A stretch of 64,000 nt of DNA from assembly GCF_006345805.1 (NCBI RefSeq), contig NC_043018.1:19406001-19470000 (forward strand), given 5' to 3'. This DNA comes from Octopus sinensis (taxonomy: Eukaryota). This document shows, piece after piece, positions 52,081 to 64,000 of this stretch. The notes under the pieces are model-generated. The model ran no database searches. It saw only the letters and a list, made by a program, of their open reading frames with translations, and was not told the DNA's origin. Made by a program: the position numbers and the translations under genes. The first letter of the stretch is position 1. Each line of letters starts with the position of its first letter.

Positions 52081-53124
52081 AAACAACCCTAATGCTAGAA
52101 AGCAAGTGATTGATATGATAAGGGAACTTGACCTTGAAGATGTTTGGAGAGGTCATGACCCAGAAGTACAGGGCTATACATGGAGATGTCCAAATCCTAT
52201 TAGACAAGCAAGACTAGATCCCTTTCTGGTGCTGCAGAATTTATGTTCCTTTATTTGCCAGTCTTCTATAAATGTCAGGTACACATCAGACCATTCTCTT
52301 GTTGACTTCAAAATAAAATTTCCTGAGAAAGATGACCATAAAAGTACATATTGGATATTTAATAACTCCCTTTTAAGAGATTCAGAATACATTTCATCTG
52401 TTAAGGAAACCATTAGCAGTGTTCTCAAGCAATATGCCCCCTTTTTTTGGAACATGATAGAGATATTAGTACAGTCAATTTGTCTGAGATTGAATTTGTT
52501 GTAAATGATCTTTTTTTTTTTTTTTGGTAAACTCTATTAATGGAAATTAGAGGAAAATCTATTTCATATTCTTCAGTTTTAAAATATATTTAGAGTGAAA
52601 AAAAAAAGAACAAGATATGTTTAATGATGTTAAGTGATTGGAAACCAATTTTTTTGGAAATCAAGAAATTGAAGGAAAAAAGAAAAGAATTAGAGGAAAT
52701 TCATAAAGCAAAAATGGAAGGCATTATTATTCGCTCAAGGGCCAAATGGATAGATGAAGGGGAGAAGGTTAGCTGTTATTTTTGCCATCTAGAACATAGG
52801 AATTTTGTGAGCAAGGGCATGTACCAGATAGAGCTGGACAATGGGTCTACTGTAGAAAGTACAAATGATATCGTTCTAGGAGCAACATCTTTTTATGAAG
52901 GATTGTATTCTTCCAAGGAGCTAGTGTTGGAAGATTGTGACCTTGATGAACTTTTTTTCTGTAGGGGATTTGTACAGGCTTTGTGTCGCATAACCAGTCA
53001 ACTCAAAAAGTACCTTTGAATCAAAGGGCGACATGCCATGATTGAGGAGACCTATTGAGTCAAGTACATCAACATCAAAATGAAATCAAATCACAATCAA
53101 ATGGAAATTGTAGTTGTGGTCCCT

Positions 53125-56100
53125 GTGCCAGTGGCACGTAAAAAAGCACTGTCCAAACATGGTCGATACCAGCTCCCTCGCCCCGACTGGCTTCTGTGCT
53201 GGTGGCACATAAAAAGCAACATCCGAACGTGGCCGATGCCAGCACTGCCTTGACTGGCTCACGTGCCAGTGGCACATAAAAAGCAACATCCGAATGTGGC
53301 CGATGCCAGCACTGCCTTGACTGGCTCATGTGCCAGTGGCACATAAAAAGCAACATCCGAATGTGGCCAATGCCAGCACCGCCTTGACTGGCTCACGTGC
53401 CAGTGGCACATAAAAAGCAACATCCAAATGTGGCCAATGCCAGCACCGCCTTGACTGGCTCACGTGCCAGTGGCACATAAAAAGCAACATCCGAATGTGG
53501 CTGATGCCAGCACCACCTTGACTGGCTCACGTGCCAGTGGCACATAAAAAGCAACATCCGAATGTGGCTGATGCCAGCACCGCCTTTACTGGCTCACGTG
53601 CCAGTGGCACATGAAAAGCAACATCCGAACGTGCCGATGCCAGCACTGCCTTGACTGGCTCATGTGCCAGTGGCACATAAAAAGCAACATCCGAATGTGG
53701 CCAATGCCAGCACCGCCTTGACTGGCTCACGTGCCAGTGGCACATAAAAAGCAACATCCAAATGTGGCCAATGCCAGCACCGCCTTGACTGGCTCACGTG
53801 CCAGTGGCACATAAAAAGCAACATCCGAATGTGGCTGATGCCAGCACCGCCTTTACTGGCTCACGTGCCAGTGGCACATAAAAAGCAACATCCAAACGTG
53901 GCCGATGCCAGCACTGCCTTGACTGGCTCACGTGCCAGTGGCACATAAAAAGCAACATCCAAATGTGGCCAATGCCAGCACCGCCTTTACTGGCTCACGT
54001 GCCAGTGGCACATAAAAAGCAACATCCAAACGTGGCCGATGCCAGCACTGCCTTGACTGGCTCACGTGCCAGTGGCACATAAAAAGCAACATCCGAATGT
54101 GGCCAATGCCAGCACTGCCTTGACTGGCTCACGTGCCAGTGGCACATAAAAAGCAACATCCAAATGTGGCCAATGCCAGCACTGCCTTGACTGGCTCACG
54201 TGCCAGTGGCACATAAAAAGCAACATCCGAACATGGCCAATGCCAGCACCGCCTTGACTGGCTCACGTGCCAGTGGCACATAAAAAGCAACATCCAAATG
54301 TGGCCAATGCCAGCACCGCCTTGACTGGCTCACGTGCCAGTGGCACATAAAAAGCAACATCCGAATGTGGCTGATGCCAGCACCAACTTGACTGGCTCAC
54401 GTGCCAGTGGCACATAAAAAGCAACATCCGAATGTAGCCGATGCCAGCACTGCCTTGACTGGCTCACGGGCCAGTGGCACATAAAAAGCGACATCCGAAT
54501 GTGGCCGATGCCAGCACTGCCTTGACTGGCTCACGTGCCAGTGGTACATAAAAAGCAACATCCGAATGTGGCCAATGCCAGCACCGCCTTGACTGGCTCA
54601 CGTGCCAGTGGCACATAAAAAGCAACATCCGAATGTGGCCAATGCCAGCACTGCCTTGACTGGCTCACGTGCCAGTGGCACATAAAAAGCGACATCCAAA
54701 TGTGGCCGATGCCAGCACTGCCTTGACTGGCTCACGTGCCAGTGGCACATAAAAAGCGACATCCGAATATGGCCGATGCCAGCACTGCCTTGACTGGCTC
54801 ACGTGCCAGTGGCACATAAAAAGCAACATCCGAATGTGGCCAATGCCAGCACCGCCTTGACTGGCTCACGTGCCAGTGGCACATAAAAAGCAACATCCGA
54901 ATGTGGCCAATGCCAGCACTGCCTTGACTGGCTCACGTGCCAGTGGCACATAAAAAGCAACATCCGAATGTGGCCAATGCCAGCACTGCCTTGACTGGCT
55001 CATGTGCCGTGGCACATAAAAAGCAACATCCGAATGGCCAATGCCAGCACTGCCTTGACTGGCTCACGTGCCAGTGGCACATAAAAAAGCACATCCGAAT
55101 GTGGCCAATGCCAGCACTGCCTTGACTGGCTCACGTGCCAGTGGCACATAAAAAGCAACATCCGAATGTGGCCAATGCCAGCACTGCCTTGACTGGCTCA
55201 CGTGCCAGTGGCACATAAAAAGCAACATCCGAATGTGGCCAATGCCAGCACTGCCTTGACTGGCTCACGTGCCAGTGGCACATAAAAAGCAACATCCGAA
55301 TGTGGCCAATGCCAGCACTGCCTTGACTGGCTCACGTGCCAGTGGCACATAAAAAGCAACATCCGAATGTGGCCAATGCAGCACCGCCTTGACTGGCTCA
55401 CGTGCCAGTGGCACATAAAAAGCAACATCCGAATGTGGCCAATGCCAGCACTGCCTTGACTGGCTCACGTGCCAGTGGCACATAAAAAGCGACATCCGAA
55501 TGTGGCCGATGCCAGCACTGCCTTGACTGGCTCACGTGCCAGTGGCACATAAAAAGCAACATCCGAATGTGGCCAATGCCAGCACTGCCTTGACTGGCTC
55601 ACGTGCCAGTGGCACATAAAAAGCAACATCCGAATGTGGCCAATGCCAGCACTGCCTTGACTGGCTCACGTGCCAGTGGCACATAAAAAGCAACATCCGA
55701 ATGTGGCCAATGCCAGCACCGCCTTGACTGGCTCACGTGCCAGTGGCACATAAAAAGCAACATCCGAATGTGGCCAATGCCAGCACTGCCTTGACTGGCT
55801 CACGTGCCAGTGGCACATAAAAAGCGACATCCGAATGTGGCCGATGCCAGCACTGCCTTGACTGGCTCACGTGCCAGTGGCACATAAAAAGCAACATCCG
55901 AATGTGGCCAATGCCCACTGCCTTGACTGGCTCACGTGCCAGTGGCACATAAAAAGCAACATCCGAATGTGGCCAATGCCAGCACTGCCTTGACTGGCTC
56001 ACGTGCCAGTGGCACATAAAAAGCAACATCCGAATGTAGCCGATGCCAGCACTGCCTTGACTGGCTCACGTGCCAGTGGCACATAAAAAGCAACATCCAA

Positions 56101-59100
56101 TGTGGCCGATGCCAGCACTGCCTTGACTGGCTCACGTGCCAGTGGCACATAAAAAGCGACATCCGAATGTGGCCGATGCCAGCACTGCCTTGACTGTCAC
56201 GTGCCAGTGGCACATAAAAAGCAACATCCGAATGTGGCCAATGCCAGCACCGCCTTGACTGGCTCACGTGCCAGTGCCATGCACATAAAAAGCAACATCC
56301 GAATGTGGCCAATGCCAGCACTGCCTTGACTGGCTCACGTGCCAGTGGCACATAAAAAGCAACATCCGAATGTGGCCGATGCCAGCACTGCCTTGACTGG
56401 CTCACGTGCCAGTGGCACATAAAAAGCAACATCCGAATGTGGCCAATGCCAGCACTGCCTTGACTGGCTCACGTGCCAGTGGCACATAAAAAGCAACATC
56501 CGAATGTGGCCAATGCCAGCACTGCCTTGACTGGCTCACGTGCCAGTGGCACATAAAAAGCAACATCCGAATGTGGCCAATGCCAGCACTGCCTTGACTG
56601 GCTCACGTGCCAGTGGCACATAAAAAGCAACATCCGAATGTGGCCAATGCCAGCACACGCCTTGACTGGCTCACGTGCCAGTGGCACATAAAAAGCAACA
56701 TCCGAATGTGCCAATGCCAGCACCGCCTTGACTGGCTCACGTGCCAGTGGCACATAAAAAGCAACATCCGAATGTGGCCAATGCCAGCACTGCCTTGACT
56801 GGCTCACGTGCCAGTGGCACATAAAAAGCAACATCCGAATGTGGCCAATGCCAGCACTGCCTTGACTGGCTCACGTGCCAGTGGCACATAAAAAGCGACA
56901 TCCGAATGTGGCCAATGCCAGCACTGCCTTGACTGGCTCACGTGCCAGTGGCACATAAAAAGCGACATCCGAATGTGGCCATGCCAGCACTGCCTTGACT
57001 GGCTCACGTGCCAGTGGCACATAAAAAGCGACATCCGAATGTGGCCAATGCCAGCACTGCCTTGACTGGCTCACGTGCCAGTGGCACATAAAAAGCAACA
57101 TCCGAATGTGGCCAATGCCAGCACTGCCTTGACTGGCTCACGTGCCAGTGGCACATAAAAAGCAACATCCGAATGTGGCCAATGCCAGCACTGCCTTGAC
57201 TGGCTCACGTGCCAGTGGCACATAAAAAGCGACATCCGAATGTGGCCAATGCCAGCACTGCCTTGACTGGCTCACGTGCCAGTGGCACATAAAAAGCAAC
57301 ATCCGAATGTGGCCAATGCCAGCACTGCCTTGACTGGCTCACGTGCCAGTGGCACATAAAAAGCAACATCCGAATGTGGCCAATGCCAGCACTGCCTTGA
57401 CTGGCTCACGTGCCAGTGGCACATAAAAAGCAACATCCGAATGTGGCCAATGCCAGCACTGCCTTGACTGGCTCACGTGCCAGTGGCACATAAAAGCAAC
57501 ATCCGAATGTGGCCAATGCCAGCACTGCCTTGACTGGCTCACGTGCCAGTGGCACATAAAAAGCAACATCCGAATGTGGCCAATGCCAGCACTGCTTGAC
57601 TGGCTCACGTGCCAGTGGCACATAAAAAGCAACATCCGAATGTGGCCAATGCCAGCACTGCCTTGACTGGCTCACGTGCCAGTGGCACATAAAAAGCGAC
57701 ATCCGAATGTGGCCAATGCCAGCACTGCCTTGACTGGCTCACGTGCCAGTGGCACATAAAAGCAACATCCGAATGTGGCCAATGCCAGCACTGCCTTGAC
57801 TGGCTCACGTGCCAGTGGCACATAAAAAGCAACATCCGAATGTGGCCAATGCCAGCACTGCCTTGACTGGCTCACGTGCCAGTGGCACATAAAAAGCAAC
57901 ATCCGAATGTGGCCAATGCCAGCACTGCCTTGACTGGCTCACGTGCCAGTGGCACATAAAAAGCAACATCCGAATGTGGCCAATGCCAGCACTGCCTTGA
58001 CTGGCTCACGTGCCAGTGGCACATAAAAAGCAACATCCGAATGTGGCCAATGCCAGCACCGCCTTGACTGGCTCACGTGCCAGTGGCACATAAAAAGCAA
58101 CATCCGAATGTGGCCAATGCCAGCACTGCCTTGACTGGCTCACGTGCCAGTGGCACATAAAAAGCAACATCCGAATGTGGCCAATGCCAGCACTGCCTTG
58201 ACTGGCTCACGTGCCAGTGGCACATAAAAAGCAACATCCGAATGTGGCCAATGCCAGCACTGCCTTGACTGGCTCACGTGCCAGTGGCACATAAAAAGCA
58301 ACATCCGAATGTGGCCAATGCCAGCACTGCCTTGACTGGCTCACGTGCCAGTGGCACATAAAAAGCAACATCCGAATGTGGCCAATGCCAGCACTGCCTT
58401 GACTGGCTCACGTGCCAGTGGCACATAAAAAGCAACATCCGAATGTGGCCAATGCCAGCACCGCCTTGACTGGCTCACGTGCCAGTGGCACATAAAAAGC
58501 AACATCCGAATGTGGCCAATGCCAGCACTGCCTTGACTGGCTCACGTGCCAGTGGCACATAAAAAGCAACATCCGAATGTGGCCAATGCCAGCACTGCCT
58601 TGACTGGCTCACGTGCCAGTGGCACATAAAAAGCAACATCCGAATGTGGCCAATGCCAGCACTGCCTTGACTGGCTCACGTGCCAGTGGCACATAAAAAG
58701 CAACATCCGAATGTGGCCAATGCCAGCACTGCCTTGACTGGCTCACGTGCCAGTGGCACATAAAAAGCAACATCCGAATGTGGCCAATGCCAGCACGCCT
58801 TGACTGGCTCACGTGCCAGTGGCACATAAAAAGCAACATCCGAATGTGGCCAATGCCAGCACTGCCTTGACTGGCTCACGTGCCAGTGGCACATAAAAAG
58901 CGACATCCGAATGTGGCCGATGCCAGCACTGCCTTGACTGGCTCACGTGCCAGTGGCACATAAAAAGCAACATCCGAATGTGGCCAATGCCAGCACTGCC
59001 TTGACTGGCTCACGTGCCAGTGGCACATAAAAAGCAACATCCGAATGTGGCCAATGCCAGCACTGCCTTGACTGCTCACGTGCCAGTGGCACATAAAAAG

Positions 59101-62100
59101 CAACATCCGAATGTGGCCAATGCCAGCACTGCCTTGACTGGCTCACGTGCCAGTGGCACATAAAAAGCAACATCCGAATGTGGCCAATGCCAGCACTGCC
59201 TTGACTGGCTCACGTGCCAGTGGCACATAAAAAGCAACATCCGAATGTAGCCGATGCCAGCACTGCCTTGACTGGCTCACGTGCCAGTGGCACATAAAAA
59301 GCAACATCCGAATGTGGCCAATGCCAGCACTGCCTTGACTGGCTCACGTGCCAGTGGCACATAAAAAGCAACATCCGAATGTGGCCAATGCCAGCACTGC
59401 CTTGACTGGCTCACGTGCCAGTGGCACATAAAAAGCAACATCCGAATGTAGCCGATGCCAGCACTGCCTTGACTGGCTCACGTGCCAGTGGCACATAAAA
59501 AGCAACATCCGAATGTGGCCAATGCCAGCACTGCCTTGACTGGCTCACGTGCCAGTGGCACATAAAAAGCAACATCCGAATGTGGCCAATGCCAGCACTG
59601 CCTTGACTGGCTCACGTGCCAGTGGCACATAAAAAGCAACATCCGAATGTAGCCGATGCCAGCACTGCCTTGACTGGCTCACGTGCCAGTGGCACATAAA
59701 AAGCAACATCCGAATGTGGCCAATGCCAGCACTGCCTTGACTGGCTCACGTGCCAGTGGCACATAAAAAGCAACATCCGAATGTGGCCAATGCCAGCACT
59801 GCCTTGACTGGCTCACGTGCCAGTGGCACATAAAAAGCAACATCCGAATGTAGCCGATGCCAGCACTGCCTTGACTGGCTCACGTGCCAGTGGCACATAA
59901 AAAGCAACATCCGAATGTGGCCAATGCCAGCACTGCCTTGACTGGCTCACGTGCCAGTGGCACATAAAAAGCAACATCCGAATGTGGCCAATGCCAGCAC
60001 TGCCTGACTGGCTCACGTGCCAGTGGCACATAAAAAGCAACATCCGAATGTGGCCAATGCCAGCACTGCCTTGACTGGCTCACGTGCCAGTGGCACATAA
60101 AAAGCAACATCCGAATGTAGCCGATGCCAGCACTGCCTTGACTGGCTCACGTGCCAGTGGCACATAAAAAGCAACATCCGAATGTGGCCAATGCCAGCAC
60201 TGCCTTGACTGGCTCACGTGCCAGTGGCACATAAAAAGCCATCCGAATGTGGCCAATGCCAGCACTGCCTTGACTGGCTCACGTGCCAGTGGCACATAAA
60301 AAGCAACATCCGAATGTGGCCAATGCCAGCACTGCCTTGACTGGCTCACGTGCCAGTGGCACATAAAAAGCAACATCCGAATGTGGCCAATGCCAGCACT
60401 GCCTTGACTGGCTCACGTGCCAGTGGCACATAAAAAGCAACATCCGAATGTGGCCAATGCCAGCACTGCCTTGACTGGCTCACGTGCCAGTGGCACATAA
60501 AAAGCAACATCCGAATGTAGCCGATGCCAGCACTGCCTTGACTGGCTCACGTGCCAGTGGCACATAAAAAGCAACATCCGAATGTGGCCAATGCCAGCAC
60601 TGCCTTGACTGGCTCACGTGCCAGTGGCACATAAAAAGCAACATCCGAATGTGGCCAATGCCAGCACTGCCTTGACTGGCTCACGTGCCAGTGGCACATA
60701 AAAAGCAACATCCGAATGTGGCCAATGCCAGCACTGCCTTGACTGGCTCACGTGCCAGTGGCACATAAAAAGCAACATCCGAATGTAGCCGATGCCAGCA
60801 CTGCCTTGACTGGCTCACGTGCCAGTGGCACATAAAAAGCAACATCCGAATGTGGCCAATGCCAGCACTGCCTTGACTGGCTCACGTGCCAGTGGCACAT
60901 ATAAAAAGCAACATCCGAATGTGGCCAATGCCAGCACTGCCTTGACTGGCTCACGTGCCAGTGGCACATAAAAAGCAACATCCGAATGTGGCCAATGCCA
61001 GCACTGCCTTGACTGGCTCACGTGCCAGTGGCACATAAAAAGCAACATCCGAATGTAGCCGATGCCAGCACTGCCTTGACTGGCTCACGTGCCAGTGGCA
61101 CATAAAAAGCAACATCCGAATGTGGCCAATGCCAGCACTGCCTTGACTGGCTCACGTGCCAGTGGCACATAAAAAGCAACATCCGAATGTGGCCAATGCC
61201 AGCACCGCCTTGACTGGCTCACGTGCCAGTGGCACATAAAAAGCAACATCCGAATGTGGCCAATGCCAGCACTGCCTTGACTGGCTCACGTGCCAGTGGC
61301 ACATAAAAAGCAACATCCGAATGTGGCCAATGCCAGCACCGCCTTGACTGGCTCACGTGCCAGTGCACATAAAAAGCAACATCCGAATGTGGCCAATGCC
61401 AGCACTGCCTTGACTGGCTCACGTGCCAGTGGCACATAAAAAGCAACATCCGAATGTGACCAATGCCAGCACTGCCATGACTGGCTCACGTGCCAGTGGC
61501 ACATAAAAAGCAACATCCGAATGTGGCCAATGCCAGCACTGCCTTGACTGGCTCACGTGCCAGTGGCACATAAAAAGCAACATCCGAATGTAGCCGATGC
61601 CAGCACTGCCTTGACTGGCTCACGTGCCAGTGGCACATAAAAAGCAACATCCGAATGTGGCCAATGCCAGCACTGCCTTGACTGGCTCACGTGCCAGTGG
61701 CACATAAAAAGCAACATCCGAATGTGGCCAATGCCAGCACTGCCTTGACTGGCTCACGTGCCAGTGGCACATAAAAAGCAACATCCGAATGTGGCCAATG
61801 CCAGCACTGCCTTGACTGGCTCACGTGCCAGTGGCACATAAAAAGCAACATCCGAATGTGGCCAATGCCAGCACTGCCTTGACTGGCTCACGTGCCAGTG
61901 GCACATAAAAAGCAACATCCGAATGTGGCCAATGCCAGCACTGCCTTGACTGGCTCACGTGCCAGTGGCACATAAAAAGCAACATCCGAATGTAGCCGAT
62001 GCCAGCACTGCCTTGACTGGCTCACGTGCCAGTGGCACATAAAAAGCAACATCCGAATGTGGCCAATGCCAGCACTGCCTTGACTGGCTCACGTGCCAGT

Positions 62101-64000
62101 GGCACATAAAAAGCAACATCCGAATGTGGCCAATGCCAGCACTGCCTTGACTGGCTCACGTGCCAGTGGCACATAAAAAGCAACATCCGAATGTGGCCAA
62201 TGCCAGCACTCTCTTGACTGGCTCACGTGCCAGTGGCACATAAAAAGCAACATCCGAATGTGGCCAATGCCAGCACTGCCTTGACTGGCTCACGTGCCAG
62301 TGGCACATAAAAGCAACATCCGAATGTGGCCAATGCCAGCACTGCCTTGACTGGCTCACGTGCCAGTGGCACATAAAAAGCAACATCCGAATGTGGCCAA
62401 TGCCAGCACTGCCTTGACTGGCTCACGTGCCAGTGGCACATAAAAAGCAACATCCGAATGTAGCCGATGCCAGCACTGCCTTGACTGGCTCACGTGCCAG
62501 TGGCACATAAAAGCAACATCCGAATGTGGCCAATGCCAGCACTGCCTTGACTGGCTCACGTGCCAGTGGCACATAAAAAGCAACATCCGAATGTGGCCAA
62601 TGCCAGCACTGCCTTGACTGGCTCACGTGCCAGTGGCACATAAAAAGCAACATCCGAATGTGGCCAATGCCAGCACTGCCTTGACTGGCTCACGTGCCAG
62701 TGGCACATAAAAAGCAACATCCGAATGTGGCCAATGCCAGCACTGCCTTGACTGGCTCACGTGCCAGTGGCACATAAAAAGCAACATCCGAATGTGGCCA
62801 ATGCCAGCACTGCCTTGACTGGCTCACGTGCCAGTGGCACATAAAAGCAACATCCGAATGTAGCCGATGCCAGCACTGCCTTGACTGGCTCACGTGCCAG
62901 TGGCACATAAAAAGCAACATCCGAATGTGGCCAATGCCAGCACTGCCTTGACTGGCTCACGTGCCAGTGGCACATAAAAAGCAACATCCGAATGTGGCCA
63001 ATGCCAGCACTGCCTTGACTGGCTCACGTGCCAGTGGCACATAAAAAGCAACATCCGAATGTGGCCAATGCCAGCACTGCCTTGACTGGCTCACGTGCCA
63101 GTGGCACATAAAAAGCAACATCCGAATGTAGCCGATGCCAGCACTGCCTTGACTGGCTCACGTGCCAGTGGCACATAAAAAGCAACATCCGAATGTGGCC
63201 ATGCCAGCACTGCCTTGACTGGCTCACGTGCCAGTGGCACATAAAAAGCAACATCCGAATGTGGCCAATGCCAGCACTGCCTTGACTGGCTCACGTGCCA
63301 GTGGCACATAAAAAGCAACATCCGAATGTGGCCAATGCCAGCACTGCCTTGACTGGCTCACGTGCCAGTGGCACATAAAAAGCAACATCCGAATGTAGCC
63401 GATGCCAGCACTGCCTTGACTGGCTCACGTGCCAGTGGCACATAAAAAGCAACATCCGAATGTGGCCAATGCCAGCACTGCCTTGACTGGCTCACGTGCC
63501 AGTGGCACATAAAAAGCAACATCCGAATGTGGCCAATGCCAGCACTGCCTTGACTGGCTCACGTGCCAGTGGCACATAAAAAGCAACATCCGAATGTGGC
63601 CAATGCCAGCACTGCCTTGACTGGCTCACGTGCCAGTGGCACATAAAAAGCAACATCCGAATGTGCCGATGCCAGCACTGCCTTGACTGGCTCACGTGCC
63701 AGTGGCACATAAAAAGCAACATCCGAATGTGGCCAATGCCAGCACTGCCTTGACTGGCTCACGTGCCAGTGGCACATAAAAAGCAACATCCGAATGTGGC
63801 CAATGCCAGCACTGCCTTGACTGGCTCACGTGCCAGTGGCACATAAAAAGCAACATCCGAATGTGGCCAATGCCAGCACTGCCTTGACTGGCTCACGTGC
63901 CAGTGGCACATAAAAAGCAACATCCGAATGTGGCCAATGCCAGCACTGCCTTGACTGCTCACGTGCCAGTGGCACATAAAAAGCAACATCCGAATGTGGC
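53125..64000. repeat. 67-bp satellite array (about 160 units, runs off the window)
   Basis: Unit gtgccagtggcacataaaaagcaacatccgaatgtggccaatgccagcactgccttgactggctcac. Confidence 0.99.

Larger units (their letters stand above)
50783..52960 (+). pseudogene. L1/Tx1-like ORF2 remnant (APE endonuclease plus linker), split by two SINEs and cut before the RT domain
   Basis: CRGLN...LLQDTH...RGVAILF...VNLYGPN...AGDFN...DVWR...YTW...RLD...SDHS...W.FNNSLL...IIRSRAKWIDEGEK...FYEGLYS. Confidence 0.9.

Noticed and set aside
53075-64000. Repeated MLLFMCHWHVSQ ORFs, or a CRISPR-like array
   Set aside because: These are frames of a 67-bp satellite; there are no unique spacers, no cas genes, and the context is eukaryotic.

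Overview
Eukaryotic, AT-rich, repeat-saturated genomic DNA with no intact host protein-coding gene that I can support. Almost all ORF-track entries are translations of microsatellites or repeats. The SINE families and microsatellite density look like an octopus (coleoid cephalopod) genome; this is an inference from recalled repeat motifs. Contents: many SINE copies from about 5 families; decayed LINEs (RTE x2, R4/Dong-like x3 in TAA arrays, CR1, and a long L1/Tx1-like element split by nested SINEs); Tc1/mariner remnants; a non-autonomous Helitron; piggyBac-like MITEs; a 100-N gap; a 1.2-kb tandem duplication; and a 67-bp satellite of at least 10.8 kb grown from a SINE-internal repeat. The most interesting signal is a set of small structured non-coding elements inserted at TA/CA microsatellites, carrying four type-I hammerhead ribozyme (HHR) motifs. 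The best is a 561-bp terminally redundant unit (32362-32955) with a HHR and nested rod-like self-complementarity, resembling a reverse-transcribed circular RNA (retrozyme/viroid-like). Beside it lie a G-U-biased 325-nt hairpin and one of two copies of a structurally conserved ~190-nt element. All pairings were found by eye, not by folding software.
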